Shown: positions 9,285-18,710, counted from the first letter of the stretch. The stretch: DNA of 32,000 bases from Candidatus Saccharimonadota bacterium (GCF_964059045.1 NZ_OZ060402.1:540001-572000); one strand, 5' to 3'. Notes: generated from the letters alone by a model not told the origin. Translations and numbers: made by a program.

Positions 9285-10238
9285 ATGAAAATAAAGTTTG
9301 GTATAGTAATGGATCCTATTAATAATATTAATATTAAAAAGGATTCTAGTTTTGCAATGTTATTAGAAGCACAAAAAAGACAATATATAATTTATTATAT
9401 GGAACTAAAAGATTTATATTTAAAAAATAACCAAGCATATGCAAGAACACGTATTTTAAAAATTCAAAAAAAAGAAAAAAAATTTTTTAATTTTATTAAA
9501 GAAGAAAATATTTTATTATCCAATATAAATGTTATATTTATGAGAAAAGATCCTCCTGTAAATATGGAATTTATTTATGCAACATATATTTTAGAAAGAG
9601 CCGAACAAGAAGGTACTTTAGTTATTAATAAACCTAAAAGTTTAAGAGACTGTAATGAAAAATTATATACAACTTGGTTCCCATCTATTACACCAAAAAC
9701 TTTAGTTACTAGTCAAATTGAAAAAATTAAAAATTTTTTAGTTCAAAATAAAGATATTATTTTGAAACCACTAAATTCTATGGGCGGAGACTCAATTTTT
9801 CGTGTAACTATACATGATCCAAACGTATCAGTAATTTTAGAAACCATTACAAAGAAAAATAATAATTATTGTTTAGTGCAACAATATCTTCCAGAAATTC
9901 AATATGGTGACAAAAGAATATTAATGATTAATGGAAAAGCAATTCCATTATGTTTAGCAAGAATTCCAAAAATAGGTGAAACTAGAGGAAATTTAGCAGC
10001 TGGGGGGATAGGAAAAATACAACCACTGACTGAAAATGATTGGAAAATTGTCAATATACTATCGCCAATATTAAATAAAAAAGGACTAATAATAGTAGGA
10101 TTGGACGTTATCGGAAACAAATTAACTGAAATCAATATTACTAGTCCTACAGGAATATGCGAAATTCAATCTAAATATGAAAAATCTATAACCGAGTTAA
10201 TATTTCAATCTATAGAAAAAAAAATATTTAAAAAATAA
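9285..10238 (+). CDS. gshB: Glutathione synthetase (ATP-grasp)
   Basis: 317 aa versus 316 in E. coli. Shared blocks are GIVMDPINNINIKKDSSFAMLLEAQ, MRKDPP...FIYATYILERAEQEGTL, GETRGNLAAGG and LTEINITSPT. Confidence 0.95.
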   Translation: MKIKFGIVMDPINNINIKKDSSFAMLLEAQKRQYIIYYMELKDLYLKNNQAYARTRILKIQKKEKKFFNFIKEENILLSNINVIFMRKDPPVNMEFIYATYILERAEQEGTLVINKPKSLRDCNEKLYTTWFPSITPKTLVTSQIEKIKNFLVQNKDIILKPLNSMGGDSIFRVTIHDPNVSVILETITKKNNNYCLVQQYLPEIQYGDKRILMINGKAIPLCLARIPKIGETRGNLAAGGIGKIQPLTENDWKIVNILSPILNKKGLIIVGLDVIGNKLTEINITSPTGICEIQSKYEKSITELIFQSIEKKIFKK

Positions 10239-10356
10239 AAATATAATATATATATTTTATATACATATAAATCATTCTTTACTAATATAATATATTAACT
10301 ATAATAATTTTAATATTAGTTAATTCATTTGAATGGAAATATCATAAAAAAATATT

Positions 10357-10764
10357 ATGTTTATAATAGCATTTGATTTTGGTACTCAAAATATCGGATT
10401 AGCTGTAGGACAAAAAATTACTCTTACAGCTCAACCATTAACTGCTATTCCATCAAAAAATGGAGACCCAAATTGGGATATAATAAAAAAAATATTATTT
10501 GAATGGAATCCTATGATTATTATAGTAGGATTACCATTAAATATGGATGGAAGCAAACAAGAAATTACTTACAGAACAGAAATATTTGCTCAAAATCTTA
10601 AAAATAAATTTCATTTTCCCGTAAAATTACAAGATGAAAGACTTAGTACTATAGAAGCAAAATCAATTTTATTTCAACGTTATGGATTTAAATCTCTAAT
10701 AAAAAATAAAATTGATTCTATATCAGCTATGATTATTTTAGAAAGTTGGCTGAATAATAATTAA
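10357..10764 (+). CDS. ruvX: Putative pre-16S rRNA nuclease / Holliday junction resolvase-like protein YqgF (RuvX)
   Basis: 135 aa. The blocks AFDFGTQNIGLAVG, IIVGLPLNMDGS, DERLSTIEA and IILESWL are collinear with E. coli YqgF (138 aa). It follows gshB, as in E. coli (yqgE is absent). Confidence 0.9.
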   Translation: MFIIAFDFGTQNIGLAVGQKITLTAQPLTAIPSKNGDPNWDIIKKILFEWNPMIIIVGLPLNMDGSKQEITYRTEIFAQNLKNKFHFPVKLQDERLSTIEAKSILFQRYGFKSLIKNKIDSISAMIILESWLNNN

Positions 10765-10989
10765 TTAAATTAATATTATTCATTTCATAATTTCATAATA
10801 AAAATATATTTATTTCTTAAAAATATTTTTAATAAAAAAAAAACAAATAAAATATATTTTATATATATAAATATATTTTTATCATTGAAAAATAATTTAT
10901 TATATATATTTAAAATATCACATTTTTCTTATTTAAAAATATTATTTTTCAATTTATTATTCATGAATTATATAAAATAAAACAAAAAT

Positions 10990-12141
10990 ATGATTAAAAT
11001 ACCATCACTTAGTTTATATATTCATATTCCTTGGTGTAAAAAAAAATGTCCCTATTGCGATTTTAATTCTTATCCTACCACAGGAGAAATTCCAGAAAAA
11101 AAATATATTTTTCATTTATTGCAAGATTTAAAACAAAATATACAATTAATAAAAAATAGAACTATATGTAGTATTTATATAGGAGGAGGAACACCTAGTT
11201 TAATTCATCCGAAAATCATAAAAAAATTGCTAGAAGATGTTAAAAATATTGTTCCTGTTTTAAAAAATGCTGAAATTACTATAGAAATGAATCCTAACAT
11301 TCAAGAAATAAAATATATTCCAGATTATTGCAATGCTGGAATTAATAGAATTTCAATTGGAATTCAAAGTTTTAACAAAAATTTATTAAAAAAAATAGGA
11401 AGAAATTATACTGACATGGAAATTTATAAAATTATGAACTTTATAAAAAATATTCCATTTATTAATTTAAATTTAGATCTTATGTATGGATTACCTCAAC
11501 AATCTATAAATACTGGTATATTAGATATAGAAAAAACTATTCAATATAATCCCACACATATTTCATGGTATCAATTAACCATAGAACCAAATACATTATT
11601 TGAATTAAATCAACCTATTTTGCCTAAAGAAAATATATCATGGAATATTTTTAAATATGGTAATCAATTATTAAAAAAATCAGGTTACCAACAATATGAA
11701 ATATCATCATTTTCTAAACCAGGATATCAATGTAAACATAATTTAAATTATTGGCGTTATGGTGATTATTTAGGAATAGGATGCGGAGCACATAGTAAAA
11801 TCACTAAAAAAAATGGAGATATAATTAGAATAATTAAAAAAAAACAAATTTTTAATTTTATGAATGGTGAATATATTGAAAAAATAACATTCATAAAACC
11901 AGAAGAGCGAGCCTTTGAATATTTTATAAATCATTTTAGAATATTTGAACCAATATCTAAAAAACATTTTTCACAATTAACCGGATTAAATCCTATTGAC
12001 ATTAAAAATGAAATAAATGATGCAGTTTTAAAAAAATATCTTAAAAAAAATCATACACATTGGGAAACAACAAAAAAGGGAAAATTATTTTTAAACAATT
12101 TACTAGAAATATTTATAAAAAATAATATTAACCAATCTTGA
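10990..12141 (+). CDS. hemW: Radical-SAM heme chaperone HemW (YggW)
   Basis: 383 aa. The N-terminus LSLYIHIPWCKKKCPYCDFNS carries the CX3CX2C radical-SAM motif. The blocks GGGTPSL and NRISIGIQSF are collinear with E. coli HemW. The gene ends with a TGA stop. Confidence 0.9.
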   Translation: MIKIPSLSLYIHIPWCKKKCPYCDFNSYPTTGEIPEKKYIFHLLQDLKQNIQLIKNRTICSIYIGGGTPSLIHPKIIKKLLEDVKNIVPVLKNAEITIEMNPNIQEIKYIPDYCNAGINRISIGIQSFNKNLLKKIGRNYTDMEIYKIMNFIKNIPFINLNLDLMYGLPQQSINTGILDIEKTIQYNPTHISWYQLTIEPNTLFELNQPILPKENISWNIFKYGNQLLKKSGYQQYEISSFSKPGYQCKHNLNYWRYGDYLGIGCGAHSKITKKNGDIIRIIKKKQIFNFMNGEYIEKITFIKPEERAFEYFINHFRIFEPISKKHFSQLTGLNPIDIKNEINDAVLKKYLKKNHTHWETTKKGKLFLNNLLEIFIKNNINQS

Positions 12142-12174
12142 TCAAAGATATAAAAATTTTAAACAAATATAAAA

Positions 12175-12897
12175 TTAGTTTTTCTTCTGAAATAATAAAT
12201 CAAAAATTTTATGTCCTAAAATTTGTCCTTTTTTTTCAAATTTAGTTATTATTCTCGATTTTTTTATATCTGCATAAGCCTGATTAAATGATTGATCGAC
12301 ATAAATATCAATATTTTTTATATAATTAATGATATCATATGCATAATTATTCCAATCTGTTGCAATATGTAAAATACCATTTTTAATTAATTTTTGAGAA
12401 AGTAAAAATAAAAAATCAGGTTGTAACATTCTTCTTTTTTGATGTTTTTTTTTAGGCCATGGATCTGGAAAAAATATTTTAATTTGATATAATTGACTAT
12501 TTGAAATCATATTATTTATAACATCTACTGCATTATAACAAATAATCTTTAAATTTTTTATATTCAGTAAATATACTTGATTAAGACAAGAAGCAATACC
12601 TGGCAAATATACTTCTATTCCTAAAAAATTTTTTTCTGGATGATTTAAAGCCATATTAACTAAATTTTCTCCTGTTCCAAAACCGATTTCTAAAATTAAT
12701 GGTGCATTACGATTAAATATTTTTACAAAATTAATTAATTGATTTTGAAAACTTATACCAAAAATTGAAAAATAATTTTTAATTGATGTTGTATGAGATT
12801 TAGTTAATCGACCTCGACAAGAAGTTGATAAAGGAGTAGTAAACAACCCAGAACTTTGAAATAAATATTTTTGAATAAACGAATCTCTGTTCAACAT
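12175..12897 (-). CDS. trmB: tRNA (guanine-N7)-methyltransferase TrmB (YggH)
   Basis: 240 aa versus 239 in E. coli. Shared blocks are RGRLTK, LEIGFGTGE, FLGIEV, FFPDPWPKKKHQKRR and ATDW. It is divergent from mutY, as in E. coli. Confidence 0.92.
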   Translation of the reverse strand: MLNRDSFIQKYLFQSSGLFTTPLSTSCRGRLTKSHTTSIKNYFSIFGISFQNQLINFVKIFNRNAPLILEIGFGTGENLVNMALNHPEKNFLGIEVYLPGIASCLNQVYLLNIKNLKIICYNAVDVINNMISNSQLYQIKIFFPDPWPKKKHQKRRMLQPDFLFLLSQKLIKNGILHIATDWNNYAYDIINYIKNIDIYVDQSFNQAYADIKKSRIITKFEKKGQILGHKIFDLLFQKKN

Positions 12898-13026
12898 AGT
12901 ATCAAACCTGAATAATAGATTAATCTTTTATTAAACTATATATATTTTATTGAAAAATATAAATATATATTTACATTCAATTTTTTAATTTTTGATTGAT
13001 ATGATGTACGATATTAAATAAAATAA

Positions 13027-14067
13027 ATGAGATATTTTATGATTTTTTCGCAATTAGTATTAAATTGGTTTCATTTTTTTGGTAGAAAAAATCTGCCATG
13101 GCAAAAACAAAAAAATTTATATAATATTTGGATATCAGAAATTATGCTACAACAAACACAAGTCAAAATTGTTGTTCCATATTTTAAAAAATTTATAAAA
13201 ACGTTTCCAAATATAAAAACGTTAGCAAATAGTTCTTTAAAAAATATTATGTATGTTTGGAGTGGTTTAGGTTATTATACTAGGGCAAGAAATTTACATA
13301 AAACATCTAAAATTATTTTGGAAAAATATAACGGTATTTTCCCTGATAATTTTAATGTAATTATTAATTTCCCGGGTATAGGAAAAACCACTGCTGGAGC
13401 TATTTTATCATTTGCATTAGGATCATATTTTTCTATTTTAGATAGTAATGTAAAAAGAGTATTATTAAGATTTTATCTAATAAAAAAATATATAAAAAAT
13501 CAAAATTCAGAGAAAAAACTATGGAAAATAATTGAATTAATTACACCAATTTATAACACTGATAAATTTAACCAAGCTATAATGGATATAGGGTCTTTAA
13601 TTTGTACTATTAAACAACCAAAATGCCATTTATGTCCATTAAATTACTTATGTTTATCTTATAAAAATCAAATATGGTTAAATTATAAAATAAAAAAAAA
13701 TACAAAAAGTAAAATTAATAAAACTTTTTTATGTACTATTATAAGATACAAAGATTCTATTTTTTTAGAAATGAATAAAATTTATAATTTATGGAATTCT
13801 TTATTTATTTTACCTATGTTTGAAAAAAAAACAGAAATGTTAATATGGTTTAAAAAAAATCAATTAGATTATAAAAAAACAATTAAATTAAAATCAATTC
13901 ATTGTATATTAAGTAATTACTCTTTAAAAATAAACATCAATATAATAAATATTAAATCAAAAAAAGAAATTTTAAAAAAAAAATCTAATATATGGTATAA
14001 ATTATTTAACCCTCAATCAATTGGTATTCCAAAACCTATTGATAGTCTTTTAAAACAATTAAAATAA
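13027..14067 (+). CDS. mutY: Adenine DNA glycosylase MutY, apparently intact
   Basis: 346 aa. The catalytic Glu context is SEIMLQQTQV and the Asp context is ILDSNVKRV. The HhH-GPD block is PGIGKTTAGAILS. The 4Fe-4S ligands are CTIKQPKCHLCPLNYLC (CX6CX2CX5C). A divergent C-terminal NUDIX-like domain is retained. The start could be the ATG 4 codons downstream. Confidence 0.92.
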   Translation: MRYFMIFSQLVLNWFHFFGRKNLPWQKQKNLYNIWISEIMLQQTQVKIVVPYFKKFIKTFPNIKTLANSSLKNIMYVWSGLGYYTRARNLHKTSKIILEKYNGIFPDNFNVIINFPGIGKTTAGAILSFALGSYFSILDSNVKRVLLRFYLIKKYIKNQNSEKKLWKIIELITPIYNTDKFNQAIMDIGSLICTIKQPKCHLCPLNYLCLSYKNQIWLNYKIKKNTKSKINKTFLCTIIRYKDSIFLEMNKIYNLWNSLFILPMFEKKTEMLIWFKKNQLDYKKTIKLKSIHCILSNYSLKININIINIKSKKEILKKKSNIWYKLFNPQSIGIPKPIDSLLKQLK

Positions 14068-14082
14068 ATTAAGATAATTATT

Positions 14083-14334
14083 ATGAATAACAATATCAAT
14101 CGAATTATTTATTGTCAATTTTTTAAAAAAAAATTAGAAGGATTAAAATTTCAAGTTTATCCTGGTAAAACTGGTAAAAAAATTTTCAATCAAATTTCTA
14201 AACAAGCTTGGGAGAATTGGTTAAATGAACAAACAAAAATAATTAATGAAAAAAAACTCAATATGATAAATGAACAAGATAGAAATCAATTAAAAAAAAT
14301 CATGATTAATTTTTTATTTTCTAAAGAACAATAA
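14083..14334 (+). CDS. yggX: Fe(II)-trafficking / oxidative-damage protection protein YggX
   Basis: 83 aa. The blocks IYCQFFKKKLEGLKFQVYPG, ISKQAWENW and INEKKLNM are collinear with E. coli YggX. It lies immediately downstream of mutY, as in E. coli. Confidence 0.9.
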   Translation: MNNNINRIIYCQFFKKKLEGLKFQVYPGKTGKKIFNQISKQAWENWLNEQTKIINEKKLNMINEQDRNQLKKIMINFLFSKEQ

Positions 14335-14396
14335 ATATTTAATTTTAAAAAACATAACTATCAAATTACATAAAATTAAAAATAAATTATTTCATA

Positions 14397-15814
14397 TTAA
14401 TGATGTATATTTAAAATATATTTAAAATATTCGAATATTTTTTTTAATAAAATTTTATTATCATCATCATTTTGATATAATTTTAATAATTTTGTTAATT
14501 TTAATTGATATTTTTTAAAATATTCATTATTTAAAACATGATTGCAATATTTAGTCCAAAAAATTTTTTCAAAATTATTTAGACTAAAAAAATAATTTCT
14601 TGCACGAAATTTAAATAATAAATTATTAATTCTTTTATCTTGAAACTTTAATTTCAAAAAACATAATTTTTCAGGAGTAGAAGAATGTATTATTTGCATG
14701 TATTTTTTATCTGTTGCTGAAAAAAAATTATTATAAAGTTGTAAATCAACATTTTTAGATAAAACACATAATTTTTGAATAGAAAAATAATTAAAGATTT
14801 TTTTTTTAAATAATTTATATTATTTTTTAAGTTATAAAAATTACTCCATAAAAATCTTTTATTTATAGATAATCGAATATAATCTTTGTTTTGAAAAATA
14901 GATTCATTAAATAAAGCAGGACATTTATTAATATATAAAAAATTTATTCCATATAAAAATAATTGATTTATAGTTATTTCATTGATATTTTTTGTTTTAA
15001 ATAAATTTAATAAAAACAAAATATTTTTTTTTAAATCAAAAAAAATTAAAGAATTGATATTTTTAGGATGCCAAATAATTGGAACAATAATGCTCATATT
15101 ATTATTTTTTGATCCAAACACATTAGAAATATAAATTAACAATTTTAACTCTGGATAATTAATTAAATTTAATATATTTTCTTTTTTTCTTAATAAAAAT
15201 AAAAAATTAAATAATTTTGTTTTTTTTTCATATAATAATTTAGCAACAGATATAGTAGCATATACATCTGATAATGCATTATGAGCTTGAATATGTTTAA
15301 TATTATTCAATGCAGTAAATTTACTTAAATTAAAAACAGAAAAACCTAATTCATTTTTAGGCCAAATAAAATTTTTTGGAGAAATAACATAACAAGCTCT
15401 TAAAACATTAATAATATCCCATCTAGAATTGTTTCGTTTCCAAGACCATTCATAAGAATCAAAAAAATTACGATAAAATAAATTTCTCGTCATCTCATCA
15501 TCAAATTGAATATTATTATATCCTAATATACATGTATTACTTTGTGAAAAAATATTATAAATTTCTTTTGCAAAATTATATTCTTTTATACCATTATTTA
15601 AAAATATATCTTGTGGAGTAATCTTAGTGATCATAATAGCATCTGGATCTGGCAAATAATCCAAAGGAGGAATACAATAATATATTTTTGGTTGATCAAC
15701 AATATTAAATTTTAAATCAGTACGAACACAAGAAAATTGAGCTATTTTATCTATAGCAGTGTGTGTGCCAAAAGTTTCATAATCATAAAAAAGAAAATAT
15801 TTTGTATTCTTCAT
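14397..15814 (-). pseudogene. sbcB: Exodeoxyribonuclease I (sbcB) split by a single frameshift at a coding-strand A10 tract (14798-14807). It is either a recent pseudogene or a gene rescued by slippage.
   Basis: The ORFs 14690..15814 (374 aa) and 14397..14699 (100 aa) together match the length of E. coli ExoI (475 aa). Homology switches frame exactly at the A10 run. The DEDDh residues are intact (FYDYETFG, FDDEMTR, AHNALSDVY). The C-terminal block FKFRARN...LLKKIFEY matches E. coli FNYRARN...LLKALWQY. Confidence 0.9.
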
Positions 15815-15910
15815 TGAACTAATTTTTTAAATAAATATTTTAATAAAATAAATTGATTTTATATACTTTTAAAAACTATCTATATATTATATTTTTATTC
15901 ATTTTAATAT

Positions 15911-15986
15911 TGGCTCCCCCGACTGGATTCGAACCAGTGACATACGGATTAACAGTCCGCCGTTCTACCAACTGAACTACAGGGGA
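15911..15986 (-). tRNA. tRNA-Asn (anticodon GUU), CCA encoded
   Basis: The reverse complement tcccctgtagttcagttggtagaacggcggactgttaatccgtatgtcactggttcgaatccagtcgggggagcca is near-identical to E. coli tRNA-Asn as I recall it. The anticodon loop is CUGUUAA. Confidence 0.93.
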
Positions 15987-17103
15987 ATCTAAAGATAAAA
16001 TATATAACAAATATTAATTAAAAAGTCAAGTACATATCTTTTTTTTTAAATAGTATTTATAATAAATTAAGTATATTACATCCATAATATATTAATATTA
16101 ATTTATAATAAAATAAAATTACAATAAATATTTGTATACATCTAAAAAAATAATATTAATAAATTAATAAAGTTATTCATATATATCATCTAATTTTTTA
16201 TAAATCAAAATTAAAAAAGTAAAATATTTATTATAAAAAAATATTATAAATTCAAATATTCATGCAATGAATTATTATTTATTTTAATCAATTTTAAGTA
16301 TCAATTGATATTTTGAATCTCATTTTGATTAATTTCATTAAAATAATAATCTGAAATATATTACAATAATTAACATTATATGTTTATATATAAAATTTTT
16401 AAAATTGATTAAAAACAATAAAATTAATTTTTTTAATAATCATTATTATTAAATTGAAATCAATTTGTCATCAAAACAATTTTTAAAATATAAATACTAA
16501 ATATAAATTTTTTATCAATTTTAAATTATAATTTTTTAAAAAAAAATATATCTTTTTTAGCCCAATATATTTAAATAAAAATAAAAATTTTAATATAAAA
16601 TTTTTTTCAATAATAAAAATATCAATATTCAAATAATTTATAATGAGGAATGATTATTTTTATATGTTATTAACGATCATCAATAACTGATGAATTTAGA
16701 AATCAAATTTTGAAAAATAAAAATTAATATTTTAATTTATATTTCCAATTAACATTATTATAAAAAATATTTAATAAAAATATATTTTTTTAGTTGTTTT
16801 TATTACTATTTTTTTTTATTTTTAAAACAAAAAAATATTTTTATTAAAATATAATATAAAAATTATCGTTCTATTATTCGAATTAATTATTATTTGACTA
16901 ATTGTATTAAATAATTAAAAATATAAAATTAATTTTTTATAAATACTAGTATAATAATTTAAAAATAAAATTAATTTTTAATTCTAAGAAAAATTATTAC
17001 TTAATCTTAATATTTATAAGATAAAAATATATAAATATTATATTTACAGTATAAAAGATTACTAGATTATTAATTAAAATTGTTTTATTATATAATTTAA
17101 TAA

Positions 17104-17176
17104 GGCCCTTTAGCTCAGTGGTAAGAGCAATCGACTCATAATCGTTTGGTCGCTGGTTCAAATCCAGCAAGGGCCA
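17104..17176 (+). tRNA. ileX: tRNA-Ile2 (anticodon CAU, presumed lysidine-modified); no CCA encoded
   Basis: The sequence ggccctttagctcagtggtaagagcaatcgactcataatcgtttggtcgctggttcaaatccagcaagggcca closely matches E. coli ileX as I remember it. The acceptor stem GGCCC with C4-G69 and C5-G68 is unlike elongator or initiator tRNA-Met. The Ile2-versus-Met call rests on that similarity. Confidence 0.8.
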
Positions 17177-17281
17177 AAAAAATTAATTATGAATATATAT
17201 AAATATACATGTTATTAAAGAAAAATAATTATTCTTTTTTATTATCTTTTTGATTATACAAAATAAAGGATTCTGAAACAT

Positions 17282-17935
17282 ATGTTAGATTTTAAAAAAG
17301 AATTTATTGATTTTTCTTTAAAAAAAAAAGCATTACAATTTGGAAATTTTAAATTAAAATCAGGTCGTATTAGTCCTTATTTTTTTGATACAGGATCTTT
17401 CTATACCGGAAATGATATAAAAAAAATAGGCTATTTTTATGCTAAATTAATTATTAATAATAACATTAATTTTGATAGTTTATTAGGATTAGCATACAAA
17501 GGTATACCTATTGTTGTATCTACTTGTATATCACTTAAAAAAAATTATAATTTAAATATTCCATATTCTTTTAATCGAAAAGAAAAAAAAAAATATGGTC
17601 AATATGATGAAATTGTAGGATATTATCCAAAAAAAAATGTTGTTCTTATTGATGATGTTATCACTGCAGGAACCGCTATTTGTAATGCTGTTGAACAAAT
17701 TAAATTAAAAATTAAAAATAAAATAATAATTACTGCCACTATTGTCGCTTTAAATCGTAATGAAATTGGATATAACAATATATCTTCTATCAAAGAAATC
17801 AAAAATAGATATTTTTTTCCAATTTTTTCTATTATCACTATACAAGATGTAATAAAATTTATGATTGAAGAAAAAAAAATATCCTTAAATATTAAAAAAT
17901 TAATAAATTATACAAAAAAATATGGAGTCAAATAA
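17282..17935 (+). CDS. pyrE: Orotate phosphoribosyltransferase
   Basis: 217 aa. The blocks FGNFKLKSGRISPYFF, AYKGIPI, the PRPP loop VVLIDDVITAGTA and the C-terminal KKYGV are collinear with E. coli PyrE (213 aa). It contains in-frame A10 (17320-17329) and A11 (17583-17593) runs. Confidence 0.94.
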   Translation: MLDFKKEFIDFSLKKKALQFGNFKLKSGRISPYFFDTGSFYTGNDIKKIGYFYAKLIINNNINFDSLLGLAYKGIPIVVSTCISLKKNYNLNIPYSFNRKEKKKYGQYDEIVGYYPKKNVVLIDDVITAGTAICNAVEQIKLKIKNKIIITATIVALNRNEIGYNNISSIKEIKNRYFFPIFSIITIQDVIKFMIEEKKISLNIKKLINYTKKYGVK

Positions 17936-17990
17936 AAATATTTGTTAATCAATTAAATTGAACAAATAAAATATATTTAAAAAAATAATA

Positions 17991-18018
17991 TTGAAAAAAA
18001 AAAAATAAACCCAATAAT
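17991..18018 (+). promoter_or_regulatory. Putative sigma-32 (heat-shock) promoter of ibpA. The -35 TTGAAA is at 17991-17996 and a -10-like CCCAATAA at 18010-18017, with a 13-nt spacer dominated by an A12 run (17994-18005).
   Basis: It matches the sigma-32 consensus TTGAAA-N13-15-CCCCATNT at 6/6 in the -35 and 5/7 fixed positions in the -10. It sits 80-110 bp upstream of the ibpA start. CCC is very rare in these spacers. Confidence 0.5.
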
Positions 18019-18098
18019 TAAAGTATAAATTATAAAAATTATTTTAATTTAAAAATAATCAATAAATATTTTTAATTATGTTAAATGAGGAGAATAAC

Positions 18099-18584
18099 AT
18101 GTCATACCGTTCATTTTCTCTTATTCCAGAACTAAGTCATAATATTTTTTCTGATCGATTTAATCAAATAGATAAAATGTTTAGTACTATTACTGGTGAA
18201 AAACCAATTTCAGATATTCCATCTTATGATTTAATACAAAAAAACGATAATTTTTATCAACTAACTATTAGTATACCGGGATACAAAGAAGAAGAATTAG
18301 AAATATCTGTACATAAAAATCAACTTTCCATTGTTGGTAAAAAAAATACCGACAATTTAAATGAATCTAAAGAACAGATTAAATTCTTACATCAAGGATT
18401 AAAAAAAAATAATTTTTCTATAAATTTTAATCTTAATTATAGAATAAAAGTAAAAGAAGCAGAGTTATCTAGAGGTTTATTGAATATACAATTTGAATAT
18501 CATATACCTGAAGAAGAAAAGCCAAAAAAAATAATTATTAAAGATACAAATAAAAAACAAAAAATAATTGAAAATAATCAATAA
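18099..18584 (+). CDS. ibpA: Small heat-shock protein IbpA (alpha-crystallin family)
   Basis: The alpha-crystallin domain is present (YDLIQKNDNFYQLTISIPGYKEEELEISVHKNQLSIVGKK...LHQGL...F...F.L). I place the start at 18099 (MSYRSF...) because a strong SD, GAGGAG (18087-18092), lies 6 nt upstream. The ORF-track ATG at 18078 has no SD. Confidence 0.9.
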   Translation: MSYRSFSLIPELSHNIFSDRFNQIDKMFSTITGEKPISDIPSYDLIQKNDNFYQLTISIPGYKEEELEISVHKNQLSIVGKKNTDNLNESKEQIKFLHQGLKKNNFSINFNLNYRIKVKEAELSRGLLNIQFEYHIPEEEKPKKIIIKDTNKKQKIIENNQ

Positions 18585-18607
18585 AAATTTAAATATTAAT
18601 AATATAT

Positions 18608-18708
18608 TATTTTAAACATCTTGATATATTATAAAAATTATATAGCCCTTATATATAAAATATATAAGGGCTATATAATTTTTATAATATATCAAGATGT
18701 TTAAAATA
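18608..18708. terminator. Perfect 101-bp palindrome (49-bp arms 18608-18656 / 18660-18708, AAA centre) filling the convergent ibpA/dut spacer. Presumed to be a bidirectional terminator with an extraordinarily long stem.
   Basis: All 49 pairs were verified base by base. The core tatagccc...gggctata looks like a normal intrinsic-terminator stem. The right arm ends 2 nt from the dut stop codon (18711-18713). Terminator function is inferred, but the palindrome itself is certain. Confidence 0.75.
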
Positions 18709-18710
18709 TA

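Noticed and set aside
12139-12141. Possible alternative genetic code (TGA as Trp), as in some tiny symbiont genomes.
   Set aside because: TGA terminates hemW at the expected length, all other genes end at E. coli-like lengths, and Trp positions are conserved within the ORFs as called. The standard bacterial code fits.
16558-16566. A second cccaata word (as in the ibpA -10-like element), considered as another sigma-32 promoter.
   Set aside because: No TTGAAA-like -35 lies 13-15 nt upstream; the sequence there is A/T only, without the G. No gene lies downstream within several hundred bp.
16418-16979. Three exact copies of the 15-mer ataaaattaattttt (16418-16432, 16923-16937, 16965-16979).
   Set aside because: The word is all A/T. 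My rough expectation for matching 15-mers within 1.1 kb at this composition is on the order of one or more pairs, so this is consistent with low-complexity chance matches.
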